A DNA stretch of 64,000 bases from Candidatus Hydrogenedentota bacterium. GTDB lineage: Bacteria; Hydrogenedentota; Hydrogenedentia; Hydrogenedentales; SLHB01. A program made the position numbers and the translations under genes. Positions 39,037-48,174 of this stretch are shown here, in pieces (positions within the stretch are counted from its first letter, which is position 1; each line of letters opens with the position of its first letter). Below the pieces are notes generated by a model. The model saw only the letters and a program-made list of their open reading frames with translations. It ran no database searches and had not been told where the DNA came from. The DNA lies in assembly GCA_963745075.1 (NCBI GenBank), contig CAVUWV010000009.1:128001-192000 (forward strand). The letters run 5' to 3'.

Positions 39037-40560
39037 TTATCCGCGGCCCCCGCCCTGCTGCGCCGCCTTGATGCTTTCCAGTCTCGGCACCGAGTAGGTC
39101 CCCATGATCATCTGGTCCAGGATACTGGCGTCCGTGCACCAATAGTGGGCGTTATGCTCGGTGATTTCTTTCTTCTTAAACATTCCGAAGAGGTAGTTCT
39201 CGAACAGGAACGAGTGGGACACCGTCTGCTGCATGCCGACACGAATTCCGTCGGTATCCCCCTCCAGGATGGCATCGTTGATAGGCTTGATGTCGTTGAA
39301 CATGACCTCCAGCGCGGGAAGCCGGCCCCCGCCGATCTTCGGTACCAGCCGCTGGCAAATCACGCAACGCAAACAGTCGCGGATCTGCAGCTTGACCAGG
39401 TCACGTTCCACCGGATCAAAGAAACTCACGATACGGTTGATCACCTCGTACGCGGTGTTCGAATGCAAGGTACTGATGACGAGGTGCCCAGTAGCCGCGG
39501 CGCTGATCGCCGACCGGATCGTGTCGGGATCTCGCATTTCGCCGATGACGATAACGTCGGGGTCGTGGCGAAGTGCTCCCGTCACCGCGTCGAAGAACGT
39601 GGGCGTATCCGTACCCGTGTTCCGTTGAGACATAAGCGACTTCTTGTCGTGGTGCACGTATTCGACCGGATTCTCGATAGTCAAGATGTGCGACGTGTGG
39701 TGGCTGTTGATATAGTCCACCAGTGCCGCGACGGTGGTTGACTTCCCGCTTCCCGTCATTCCTACAAGCAGGATGAGACCATGGTGGTATTCCGCCAGCG
39801 ATTCCATCAAATCCGGCGGTATGCGCAGATCTTCGAACGACGGAATCACTTCCGGCAAATACCGGAAGGTCAAGTGAGGGGCGCCCGCCTTGATGAAGCA
39901 CGACACGCGCGAATACCCCAATCCCGCCTGGTGATAGCTGAAACTCGCCTGCTGCTTCTGACTGAACTCGTTCCAGTCTCTTTCGGACGCTACGTCCCGG
40001 ATGAGCGCGAGTATCTGCGTGGCCGAAAGCGGGGGCAGGACGTCCGATACATGGGTTTCACCATCCACGCGAAATACCGGCGGCTGGCCCGCGCACAGAT
40101 GCACGTCACTTGCCTTGTATTCGACCAGCGCCTTGAAAATCAGTTCCGGGCTGATGGGATCGATACGGTGCTTCTCGCCGTGAATCCGCCAGACTTCCGG
40201 CAGCGCGACTTGTTTGGTATACGCTTCCAGCGCTTCCAACCCGCGCTCGGGGTCTTTTGCGTCGGGGCACGGGCAGCGTAAGATGTTCCAGCCGTCCTCG
40301 TCCGTCAGGGAACAATCGCCCTCGAAATCCGCGACCACCTTCTGCATCATTTCCAGGGCGTGGCCCTTGGCGTGGGCACGCAGACGGAACGACTTGAACG
40401 GGGCGTCCAAATCTTCGCGTTCCGCGACAATCTCCAACGCGGCCGACCGCGCGACGATCTTGCGGGGCTTCCCTTCCTTCTCGATCAGTTCTTTCTCGAA
40501 TATATCGATCATTTCGCGCACACTTTTCTGGCGCCCTACCCCCAGAATGAATTCCGCCAT
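39037..40560 (-). CDS. PilT/PilU-family ATPase with an N-terminal extension
   Basis: ASDVHL, GMTGSGKST, IENPVE, ALRHDPDVIVIGEMRD, TGHLVISTLH. Confidence 0.9.
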   Translation of the reverse strand: MAEFILGVGRQKSVREMIDIFEKELIEKEGKPRKIVARSAALEIVAEREDLDAPFKSFRLRAHAKGHALEMMQKVVADFEGDCSLTDEDGWNILRCPCPDAKDPERGLEALEAYTKQVALPEVWRIHGEKHRIDPISPELIFKALVEYKASDVHLCAGQPPVFRVDGETHVSDVLPPLSATQILALIRDVASERDWNEFSQKQQASFSYHQAGLGYSRVSCFIKAGAPHLTFRYLPEVIPSFEDLRIPPDLMESLAEYHHGLILLVGMTGSGKSTTVAALVDYINSHHTSHILTIENPVEYVHHDKKSLMSQRNTGTDTPTFFDAVTGALRHDPDVIVIGEMRDPDTIRSAISAAATGHLVISTLHSNTAYEVINRIVSFFDPVERDLVKLQIRDCLRCVICQRLVPKIGGGRLPALEVMFNDIKPINDAILEGDTDGIRVGMQQTVSHSFLFENYLFGMFKKKEITEHNAHYWCTDASILDQMIMGTYSVPRLESIKAAQQGGGRG

Positions 40561-40747
40561 GAAGTCTCTCCCTCGTTTCGGGCCGCGTCGGCCAATGTTG
40601 CGCGCTGCCACGCGTCTTCCCCCGGTCCACGCCCGACCATCATACGCGGTCATCCGCGATCCGTCAACGAGCCTGCGCATCCCGCGCATTCTGAGGAAAT
40701 GGGATCGGCATTAAGGATCGTTCAATGGCGTTCTGGACGGGCGGAAC

Positions 40748-40785
40748 AAAAACGAAAGGGTCCAGTGCCCTTAAGCACAGGACCC
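40748..40785 (-). terminator. Intrinsic terminator after mltD
   Basis: GGGTCC..GTGC/GCAC..GGACCC hairpin followed on the minus strand by TTTCGTTTTT. Confidence 0.65.
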
Positions 40786-40818
40786 CACACCGATCAGCGG
40801 ACGAAGATTCGTGCCGTC

Positions 40819-43389
40819 CTATGACACGTGGATCGTCACTGCTTCGCCGATTTGGAGGACGTGGCTCTTGGACCAGTTGTTCCATTTGAAGAGGTCGCTG
40901 GTGGACACGCCGTATTTCTGGGCGATGGTGGAGGGGCTTTGACCGGCGGTTGTCTTGTGGACGATGGTCTTCGGTTCCGATTTTGCGGTGGAGCCGCCGC
41001 CGGACACGATCAACTCTTGGCCCGCTTTCAGAACCGAGTTCTTGGACAAGCCGTTCCATGCGAGCAAATTGTCCAAGTCCACGCCGCACTTCTCTGCAAT
41101 GGTCCAGGCGCTTTCCCCCGGCTTCACCGTGTGTTTCTCAGGAGGAGCCGGGGTGGACGAGGTGGTCCCAATCGACCCCGACACTTTCAACGTTTGCCCC
41201 GCCTGTAATACGGCTGTCTTCGACAGGCCGTTCATGGCCAGCAAATCGCCCAAATCCATGTTGTACTTCTGCGCGATGGTCCAGGGGCTCTCGCCACTCG
41301 CGACGGTGTGCGTACGCGTAGCGGGCGCCGCGTGGGACGATTCGGCGGCCGACTTGGTACCCGATTCCGGCGCGGCAACGACGCAAACCTGACCCACCTT
41401 CAAGACGTCGCTTTTCGACAAGCCGTTCCACCGGAGGAAATCATCGAGACGGATCTTGTTCTTCGCCGCGATGACCGAGGCGCTTTCGCCCCGCGCCACG
41501 GTGTGGGTTGTGGGAGCGGCGGGCGCCGGCGCGGGTTCCTCCACCTGGGTCGCGGCTTCATCGATCGCCTGCACCGTGGGCTTCTCCGGCGTGGTGTTCG
41601 ACGCCATTTGTATCGTGGCGTCAACGTCACCCTCGGATTCGGCGTATACAACCAGTTCGTCCCCGACGCGAATGATGGATCGCTTCGTCAACCCGTTCCA
41701 CGCCAGCAAGTCTTCGAGGTCGACGTGATGGACTTCCGCAATCTTGGAAGGAAACTCGCCCGGCTTGACCCGATGCACGATCTTGTTCCCCGATGGCGTG
41801 GCCGCCGCGGACGCGGTTTGCACGCGCGGATCGGAAACGTAGAGCGACTGGCCAACGCGAATGCGCGCGCGGCGATCCAATCCGTTCCACGCCTGAAGGT
41901 CGTCGAGCGAAACAGCACGCGCCCGGGCAATGTCATACAGGGTATCGCCGCGTTTGACGCGATACACGCTGGCGCCGTCGTCGTTGTCAGCGACGGCAAT
42001 CGCCTCGCGGCCAGGAATTACCAGCTTCTTCCCGACGGGAAGCTTGCTCGCCGAACGGATACCATTTGCATCCATCAACTCCTTTACGGACACGCCGTAC
42101 TTGCGCGCGATCCCGGAAGGCGTTTCGCCGCGGTGGACCGTATGGGTTGCGCCGCTTGCGTACATGGTTTTCTGGGGCGTCTTGTAAATCGTGTTCAATG
42201 CCGCCAGCATTTTCTCGCTGGCACCCGCCGGCACCGCGACCTCATACTCGCCGGTCGGCGGTGTCGCGCCGCGGATCAATTCGGGGTTCAAGCGTTTCAA
42301 TGTGCCCGACGGCAGGCCACTTTCCTTGTCGAGCATGGACAAGGAATACGATCCCTTGACGGGCACCCGCACGATTTCCTCGGGCGGTTGCGGATTCCGT
42401 TTGAACCCATACCGCTCCGGATTGCTTCCCACGATGATGCTGGCGAGCAGCTTGGGGTAGAACTTCTTCGTCTCGTCTTTCATGTGGCTCGACGCGGGGG
42501 GAGTCTCGATAAGTTGCCATAAATCGCGTTCGCCGCCGTTCATGGCAATCGCGCGGCTGATACCGCCCTCGCCCATGTTGTACGACGCAATCGCCAGCGG
42601 CCACTCGCCGTTAAACATGGCGGTCAGGTCGCGCAGGTACGCGATGGCCGCATGCGTTTCCTTTTGCCAGTCTCGGCGCTCGTCGACGTAGCTGTCGATA
42701 CGCAAACCATAGCGCGAGCCGGTTGCGCGCATGAACTGCCACATGCCAACGGCGCCCGCGCGCGACGTTACGCTCGGATGAAACTGACTTTCCACCATGG
42801 CCAGCCAGACCAAATCTTTCGGTAGACCGGCCTTAATCAATTCGCGCTCGACATACGGGCGATATTGATAGCTCCGATCGAGACCCGCCTGGAAATTGCG
42901 CGGATACAAGTTCTGAATTTCTTCGATCTCGGCGATGACCCGTTCGTTGATGAAGCCCTTGGCGAATAGCTCGCCTCCAACGTGCTGCCCCGGTTCGCCC
43001 ATCTCGCCAACACCGCTTCGATCGAAGAGGCTCGCCGTTTCCGTAGTGGAGTCCAGGATTCGTTCGAACTCACTTCGAAGACTGTAAAAGACCGACGGGT
43101 CCAGGTCCGCCTCAATCAGCAAGTGAAGCATCGTGTTGTAATGCTGCAGCGCTGCCTGCTGGTCGCCCTTTTCCTGGGCCTCGTTTGCCTTGCGGAACGC
43201 CTCGTCGGCGGCCTTGAGCAAATCGGTGGCCGAGCGCGTGGCAACCGGGTCCAGATCCTGTGCGCCGACCTTCGCCATCGGGACTGGTTCAAACTGGTGG
43301 GTCTTATCCGATGTGGTCGAACATCCGGTAATCACGGCCAAGCCCACCGCTGCAATACCGATGGTCAGCCTGCTCGTGGTTTTATACAC
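40819..43389 (-). CDS. mltD: Membrane-bound lytic murein transglycosylase D-like lipoprotein with 7 LysM domains
   Basis: Lipobox ITGC; LAMVESQF, AVGMWQFM, VDERRD, ASYNMGEG, ET; LysM repeats. Confidence 0.9.
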   Translation of the reverse strand: MYKTTSRLTIGIAAVGLAVITGCSTTSDKTHQFEPVPMAKVGAQDLDPVATRSATDLLKAADEAFRKANEAQEKGDQQAALQHYNTMLHLLIEADLDPSVFYSLRSEFERILDSTTETASLFDRSGVGEMGEPGQHVGGELFAKGFINERVIAEIEEIQNLYPRNFQAGLDRSYQYRPYVERELIKAGLPKDLVWLAMVESQFHPSVTSRAGAVGMWQFMRATGSRYGLRIDSYVDERRDWQKETHAAIAYLRDLTAMFNGEWPLAIASYNMGEGGISRAIAMNGGERDLWQLIETPPASSHMKDETKKFYPKLLASIIVGSNPERYGFKRNPQPPEEIVRVPVKGSYSLSMLDKESGLPSGTLKRLNPELIRGATPPTGEYEVAVPAGASEKMLAALNTIYKTPQKTMYASGATHTVHRGETPSGIARKYGVSVKELMDANGIRSASKLPVGKKLVIPGREAIAVADNDDGASVYRVKRGDTLYDIARARAVSLDDLQAWNGLDRRARIRVGQSLYVSDPRVQTASAAATPSGNKIVHRVKPGEFPSKIAEVHHVDLEDLLAWNGLTKRSIIRVGDELVVYAESEGDVDATIQMASNTTPEKPTVQAIDEAATQVEEPAPAPAAPTTHTVARGESASVIAAKNKIRLDDFLRWNGLSKSDVLKVGQVCVVAAPESGTKSAAESSHAAPATRTHTVASGESPWTIAQKYNMDLGDLLAMNGLSKTAVLQAGQTLKVSGSIGTTSSTPAPPEKHTVKPGESAWTIAEKCGVDLDNLLAWNGLSKNSVLKAGQELIVSGGGSTAKSEPKTIVHKTTAGQSPSTIAQKYGVSTSDLFKWNNWSKSHVLQIGEAVTIHVS

Positions 43390-43456
43390 TGGGCAGCGTT
43401 CTCCTATTTCTTGGACGGTGGCAATCGGTACCGCCCCAAATCCCTCTCAATTTATG

Positions 43457-43485
43457 AGTTTAGACAACTATAGATTGAGTGTCAA
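43457..43485 (-). promoter_or_regulatory. sigma70 promoter of mltD
   Basis: Minus strand TTGACA-17 nt-TAAACT. Confidence 0.75.
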
Positions 43486-43780
43486 GAATGGATAGCAACA
43501 AGATGTTGCGTTTTTCGAGAATTTCGAACTTTCGGCCCGCCGCCGGACGGACCGGCAAATTGCCCCCGCAGTTGGGACTGGGAACCCCCTTCACGGCTAG
43601 TACGACCCCTACACAGGCCGCGCAAGCAACCAGGAAGACGGGTGAAACCGCGAACCGTTCCTCGGGCTGCTCCGCTATTTCACGCGTCCGAAGACAATTA
43701 TACCGTGGATGGTAGAGATTGCGACCCCTTGAAAGCAATTTTTGGGGAAATCCGGGCTCTTCGCCCACCTCGCGCGCGGT

Positions 43781-44797
43781 TTACCCCGGGGTCCGGATTT
43801 TGGCCATGACCACGTTAAGGACGAGGGCGACCATCAAGATGGCCCCGCTGATGGCTTCTTTGAGGTAAATGTCGATCGTCACGTGGTTCAACCCATTGTA
43901 AAGGATTCCGAAAGTGAGCACACCAACCACGGTGTTCGCGATGCCGCCCTTGCCGCCGAACAGTGACGTTCCTCCCAGGACGACCGCGGAAATGCATGCG
44001 ATCAGCATGTTGTCAAGACCGCCGGCCTGGGCGCTACCTAAGCGGCCGATGAGCACGATTCCCGACAACCCAGCCGTTACCGAACAAATACATAAGCAAG
44101 CCACCAGCGTGCGGGTGACCTTTACGCCGGACAACTCGGCCGCCTGGCGGTTTCCACCCACTGCATAGACGTTCCGCCCGAAGCGGGTATAGCGAAGCAC
44201 CAACAAAGCGATCCCAAGAAACACCGCCGCGACAACCGTGATTAACGGGATCTCCAACCAGGGGACCGGATCGCCTTGCGCGTCTATGGTGCTCATCAGC
44301 GGGATCGATTGGGTGCCGACGTATGCCAACGCGGGGGGAATATCGAAAATAGGTGTCCCGTGCGTGACCTTCAACGACAGCCCCTTCGCGATCAGAAACA
44401 TGGAAAGAGTCATCATGAACGACGGGACGCCCAGGCGGGCGACACCGAAGCCCGTGACGAGGCCAAAACCCGCGCACGCGATCAAGGCGATGACGATGGG
44501 CAATCCCTGAGCCAGCACCGGGGACATCGAGCCGCTGTGGGAGAACTCGCGGTACAGATACGCGGTCAGAACGCCCGCAAAGATGGCCATATTCTCGACA
44601 CTCAAATCGATCTCCGCCGTCAGCAGCACGAATGTAATGCCCACCGCCATGATGGCCAAGGCGGAATTCTGGCGCAGGATGTTAAGCAGATTCTCGCCGG
44701 TGAGGAACGTATCCGTGATGAGCGAGAAGAAGAGGAACAAGGTCACGCAGGTTATCAGTGGGGCCAGCGAACCAAGCTTTCCAAATAGGTGTTTCAC
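43781..44797 (-). CDS. Sugar ABC transporter permease (RbsC/BPD_transp_2 family)
   Basis: TFVLLTAEIDLSV, TRFGRNVYAVGGNRQAAELSGV, AVVLGGTSLFGGKG; GTG with GAGG SD. Confidence 0.9.
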   Translation of the reverse strand: MKHLFGKLGSLAPLITCVTLFLFFSLITDTFLTGENLLNILRQNSALAIMAVGITFVLLTAEIDLSVENMAIFAGVLTAYLYREFSHSGSMSPVLAQGLPIVIALIACAGFGLVTGFGVARLGVPSFMMTLSMFLIAKGLSLKVTHGTPIFDIPPALAYVGTQSIPLMSTIDAQGDPVPWLEIPLITVVAAVFLGIALLVLRYTRFGRNVYAVGGNRQAAELSGVKVTRTLVACLCICSVTAGLSGIVLIGRLGSAQAGGLDNMLIACISAVVLGGTSLFGGKGGIANTVVGVLTFGILYNGLNHVTIDIYLKEAISGAILMVALVLNVVMAKIRTPG

Positions 44798-45032
44798 GTT
44801 TCCTCGTTGTGTCTGGCAATCCGGTCTCTGTGCCGAACGCGTTCGGAGGATTATAGCGGCAACGTGACGCAGCGCTGCAATGAGCCGACCGGCGGGCATC
44901 ACCCCCTCGAACAGGCGGTGCTTTTAGGCTATCACATAATTAGAACGCCACGACGGCTCAACTGCTCTTTTGAATACGCGGGATCGCCGGGCGTATGATC
45001 CCGTGCAAACTTTGCCTGAGGGGGGTATTTCG

Positions 45033-46244
45033 ATGACGGAAGAACAACAGACAAACGAGAAGTCCAGCCACGAGATCAAGCTGGCTCCCAAGTGGCGCCT
45101 CACGTCGCTTGATGCGCTACGCGGTTTTACCATGTTTTGGATTATTGGGTCCGGCGCTTTCTACGATTCGCTAAAGACCATCGCCGAAGGCGGGGGGGAG
45201 GAGATTCAAGACTTCGCCGTGCTCGCCAAGGCGGGGTTCGCCGGTTTTCTCGCCAACCAATTCGAGCACCGAAGTTGGGAAGGATTTGTCTTCTACGACC
45301 TGATCTTTCCAACCTTTATCTTCATTATCGGCGTGTCGATCGTTTTTTCCCTGAACAAGATGCGCGACCATGAGAACAAGGCCGCGATTTACAAACGCAT
45401 CGTCAAACGCTTTGTAATTCTATTCCTGCTGGGGGTCTTCTACGACAAAGGCGTCGAGGAGCTTTTCCATTACACCAAAGGGGGCGCCGTGGAGTACGGC
45501 CACTTTCACGAAGACATTCTTTGTGGCGTGCTGCAACGGTTGGCGTGGTGTTATTTGTTCACCAGCCTGCTCTTTATGAATCTCCGGCTCAAAGGGCTGA
45601 TCGCGGTGTTCGTCAGCATCATGATCGGGTATTGGGCCCTCTGTTCTTTCGTAAAAGCTCCGGACGAGGCCGAGTATTCCCTCGAGAAGAATCACAATAT
45701 CTCCCATTGGATCGACAAACAGATTCCACCGTATCACAGCACGGACCCCGAGGGGTGGTTCAGTACCATTCCTGCGGTGAGCAGTTGCTTGCTCGGCGTG
45801 TTTACCGCATTCCTGATTCGCAACAAATCCGTCACCGAGCAGAAGAAAGTCCTGTATATGCTCGGCACGGGGGTCCTGATGGTCATCGCGGGCTATTTGT
45901 GGAGTTACCAGTTCCCCATAATCAAACGGCTGTGGACCTCGACGTACGTGCTCGTGGCCGGAGGATACAGTCTCATTCTTCTTGCGGTCTTCTATCAAAT
46001 CATCGACATTTGGAGGATCCAAAAGTGGTCCAAACCGTTCATTTGGATTGGCGCCAATCCGTTGACGATTTATATGGCAACGAACATCATCGATTTTGAT
46101 GAACTGGCCGGTCGCTTCGTGGGCGGTCCAATCAAAGAAGCCTTGGGGTTGTACGGTCCGCTGATCAACACCTTTGTCTCCGTCGGGCTTTGTCTGTGGC
46201 TGGTGCGCTTCCTGTACAAAAAACAGATCTTCCTTCGCGTGTGA
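45033..46244 (+). CDS. HGSNAT/NagX-like membrane acyltransferase
   Basis: RLTSLDALRGFTM, FYDLIFPTFIFIIG, GVLQRLA, DPEG, PIIKRLWTSTYVL. Confidence 0.88.
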   Translation: MTEEQQTNEKSSHEIKLAPKWRLTSLDALRGFTMFWIIGSGAFYDSLKTIAEGGGEEIQDFAVLAKAGFAGFLANQFEHRSWEGFVFYDLIFPTFIFIIGVSIVFSLNKMRDHENKAAIYKRIVKRFVILFLLGVFYDKGVEELFHYTKGGAVEYGHFHEDILCGVLQRLAWCYLFTSLLFMNLRLKGLIAVFVSIMIGYWALCSFVKAPDEAEYSLEKNHNISHWIDKQIPPYHSTDPEGWFSTIPAVSSCLLGVFTAFLIRNKSVTEQKKVLYMLGTGVLMVIAGYLWSYQFPIIKRLWTSTYVLVAGGYSLILLAVFYQIIDIWRIQKWSKPFIWIGANPLTIYMATNIIDFDELAGRFVGGPIKEALGLYGPLINTFVSVGLCLWLVRFLYKKQIFLRV

Positions 46245-46476
46245 CGTTTTGACAATCGCAAGTGCGGCCCCTCGTGCGAGATACCGTTCGAGGGGCCGTT
46301 TGTATTCCGCTTCCCGATGCCTGGAGTCCCGCCGTATGAATCCGTACAATCCGAAACGGTCACGGCGACAGGGGAGTCCCATGGGTGCATGCACACCAGC
46401 ACAACCATGTATTGACGCTGCGCTTGCATACGCTGGGGTTGCGCGCCGGAGGCGTTGCATTCCGCGCTGGAAGTTG

Positions 46477-48169
46477 ATGCCTCAGGCCGCATCGTCCTTT
46501 CCGCTTCTGGATATCGCACTATTCCTTCTGCGCTGGCTGTGGGCGGTTCCGTTTGTCGTGCTGGCGTGGCGATACCTGCGGAAGTTGCCGATTGAATCGG
46601 ACTCGGACCCCGAGCCGCGGTGGTTCGGAAAATCACTGTTCTTCCCGCTGGAGTTCCTCGACAAGGCGAGCCTTGCTATCATCGTCGGCTTATGGTTCCT
46701 CGTCTGGCTCGGGCATGGCTCGATCTTCCCCGTACCGCCGGATTCGTACTATCACCTGCTGGTCGCGCGGCAGGTATACGAAACCCATTCGGTGCCGCTT
46801 TGGGACTGGTGGGAGTGGGCCCCGCTCGGGCGGCCTCAGTTGTACCCGCCCCTCTACCACATCCTTCTCGCGCTTAGCGCCGTTCCCTTTCATGGGGATC
46901 TCCTGGCGGCTTTCCGAAATCTCCAACCGCTCATGCTGCCCTTCGCCCATCTTACGACGTGGTATCTTGCCCGCTGGCTCTTCGGACCACGCCGCGCGTT
47001 TGTCGCGTTGCTGATCGTGGGGATGGACCCCGTACTCGTAACGTCTTCCGCCTTGGGTATGCCGGGCGTGCTGGTCACGTCCTGGGTCAGCCTGATGATT
47101 GTGTTCTTTCTGTCCGGCCGATGGGTGTTCGCTACGGTTATGCTCGCAGTGGCGTTCTACACCCATCTGGGCATCCCCGCCCTGGCGCTGCTCGGCCTGG
47201 CGCTCTTCACTGCACTTCATCGTCGCTATTGGTGGCGCTACCTTGTCATGACGGCGCTTGCTGCGCCTTCTGGCGGCCCCGTGGTTCATCCGCATCGTCG
47301 TATTCCGCGACTGGTTTTCCCACCCTCTCGAGCAGGGGCTGTACGGCACCATCGAGTCGTGGAAACTGCCATTCGTCAAACTGGTCTGGCTCCAGATGAT
47401 CGACGTGTTTATCGTCCTGCTGGTCCTCATTGCCGTGCCGCGAATTCGCTGGCGGGAAACCCGTAATCAGCTCTTGCTATGTCTGCTGATCGGATTCTTG
47501 CCCATGCTCTTCAGCTACGGTGGGCGCTACTACATTCACACCGTGCATCTCTGGGCCATCTTCGCAGCGGTACCGTTTATGGGCTACCTGCGCGAGTCGG
47601 CGCGCTGGCGCAAGATCGGCATCCTTGCGCTGTTGGCGCTGTGTCCGGCGCCCTCGTTGATCGGACGGGGAACGCCGTTTCCATCGGGGGTATACCCCAT
47701 GCCATCGGCGTGGATGGTCCCGCCCGCGGTGGCCGTAGGCGGGCTCCGCTATCTTGACGGAGGGGGGGCGCTGGGCTTTGCATCCCTGGAGGACTGCAAG
47801 GAGGCCGCCGACGACATACGCGCGCGAACCAAACCCGAAGGAATAGTTTATCTCACCTGGGATCGCGATTTAGGGGTGACCATAGGATTTCTTGCCGATC
47901 GCCCTATCGATGTCGGTGCGTGGGAAGAAACCATGCCCGACGAGTCGAGCCGCGTACTTATTCGCTGGTATGCTTTTCACGATCCACATGCCTGTTATCT
48001 GTCGCGAATGAGTTTTGGAATCCCTGCGGGCGTGCCGAAGCAACCCGTGGACGGTATGTACCTCGGCTTTAGGAACGACGCCCGCAAGGGCCGCGATGCG
48101 AATGCCGACACGAAGAAGCACGGCAAGAAGAAAGAGAAGCGGCGAAAAGTCCGTAGAACCCAGGAGTAG
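46477..48169 (+). CDS. Multi-TM GT-C-fold-like protein, frameshifted near 47266
   Basis: PPDSYYHL and GRPQLYPPLYH after the first TMs; TM series continues in ORF 47258-48169. Confidence 0.65.
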
Positions 48170-48174
48170 ATGAC

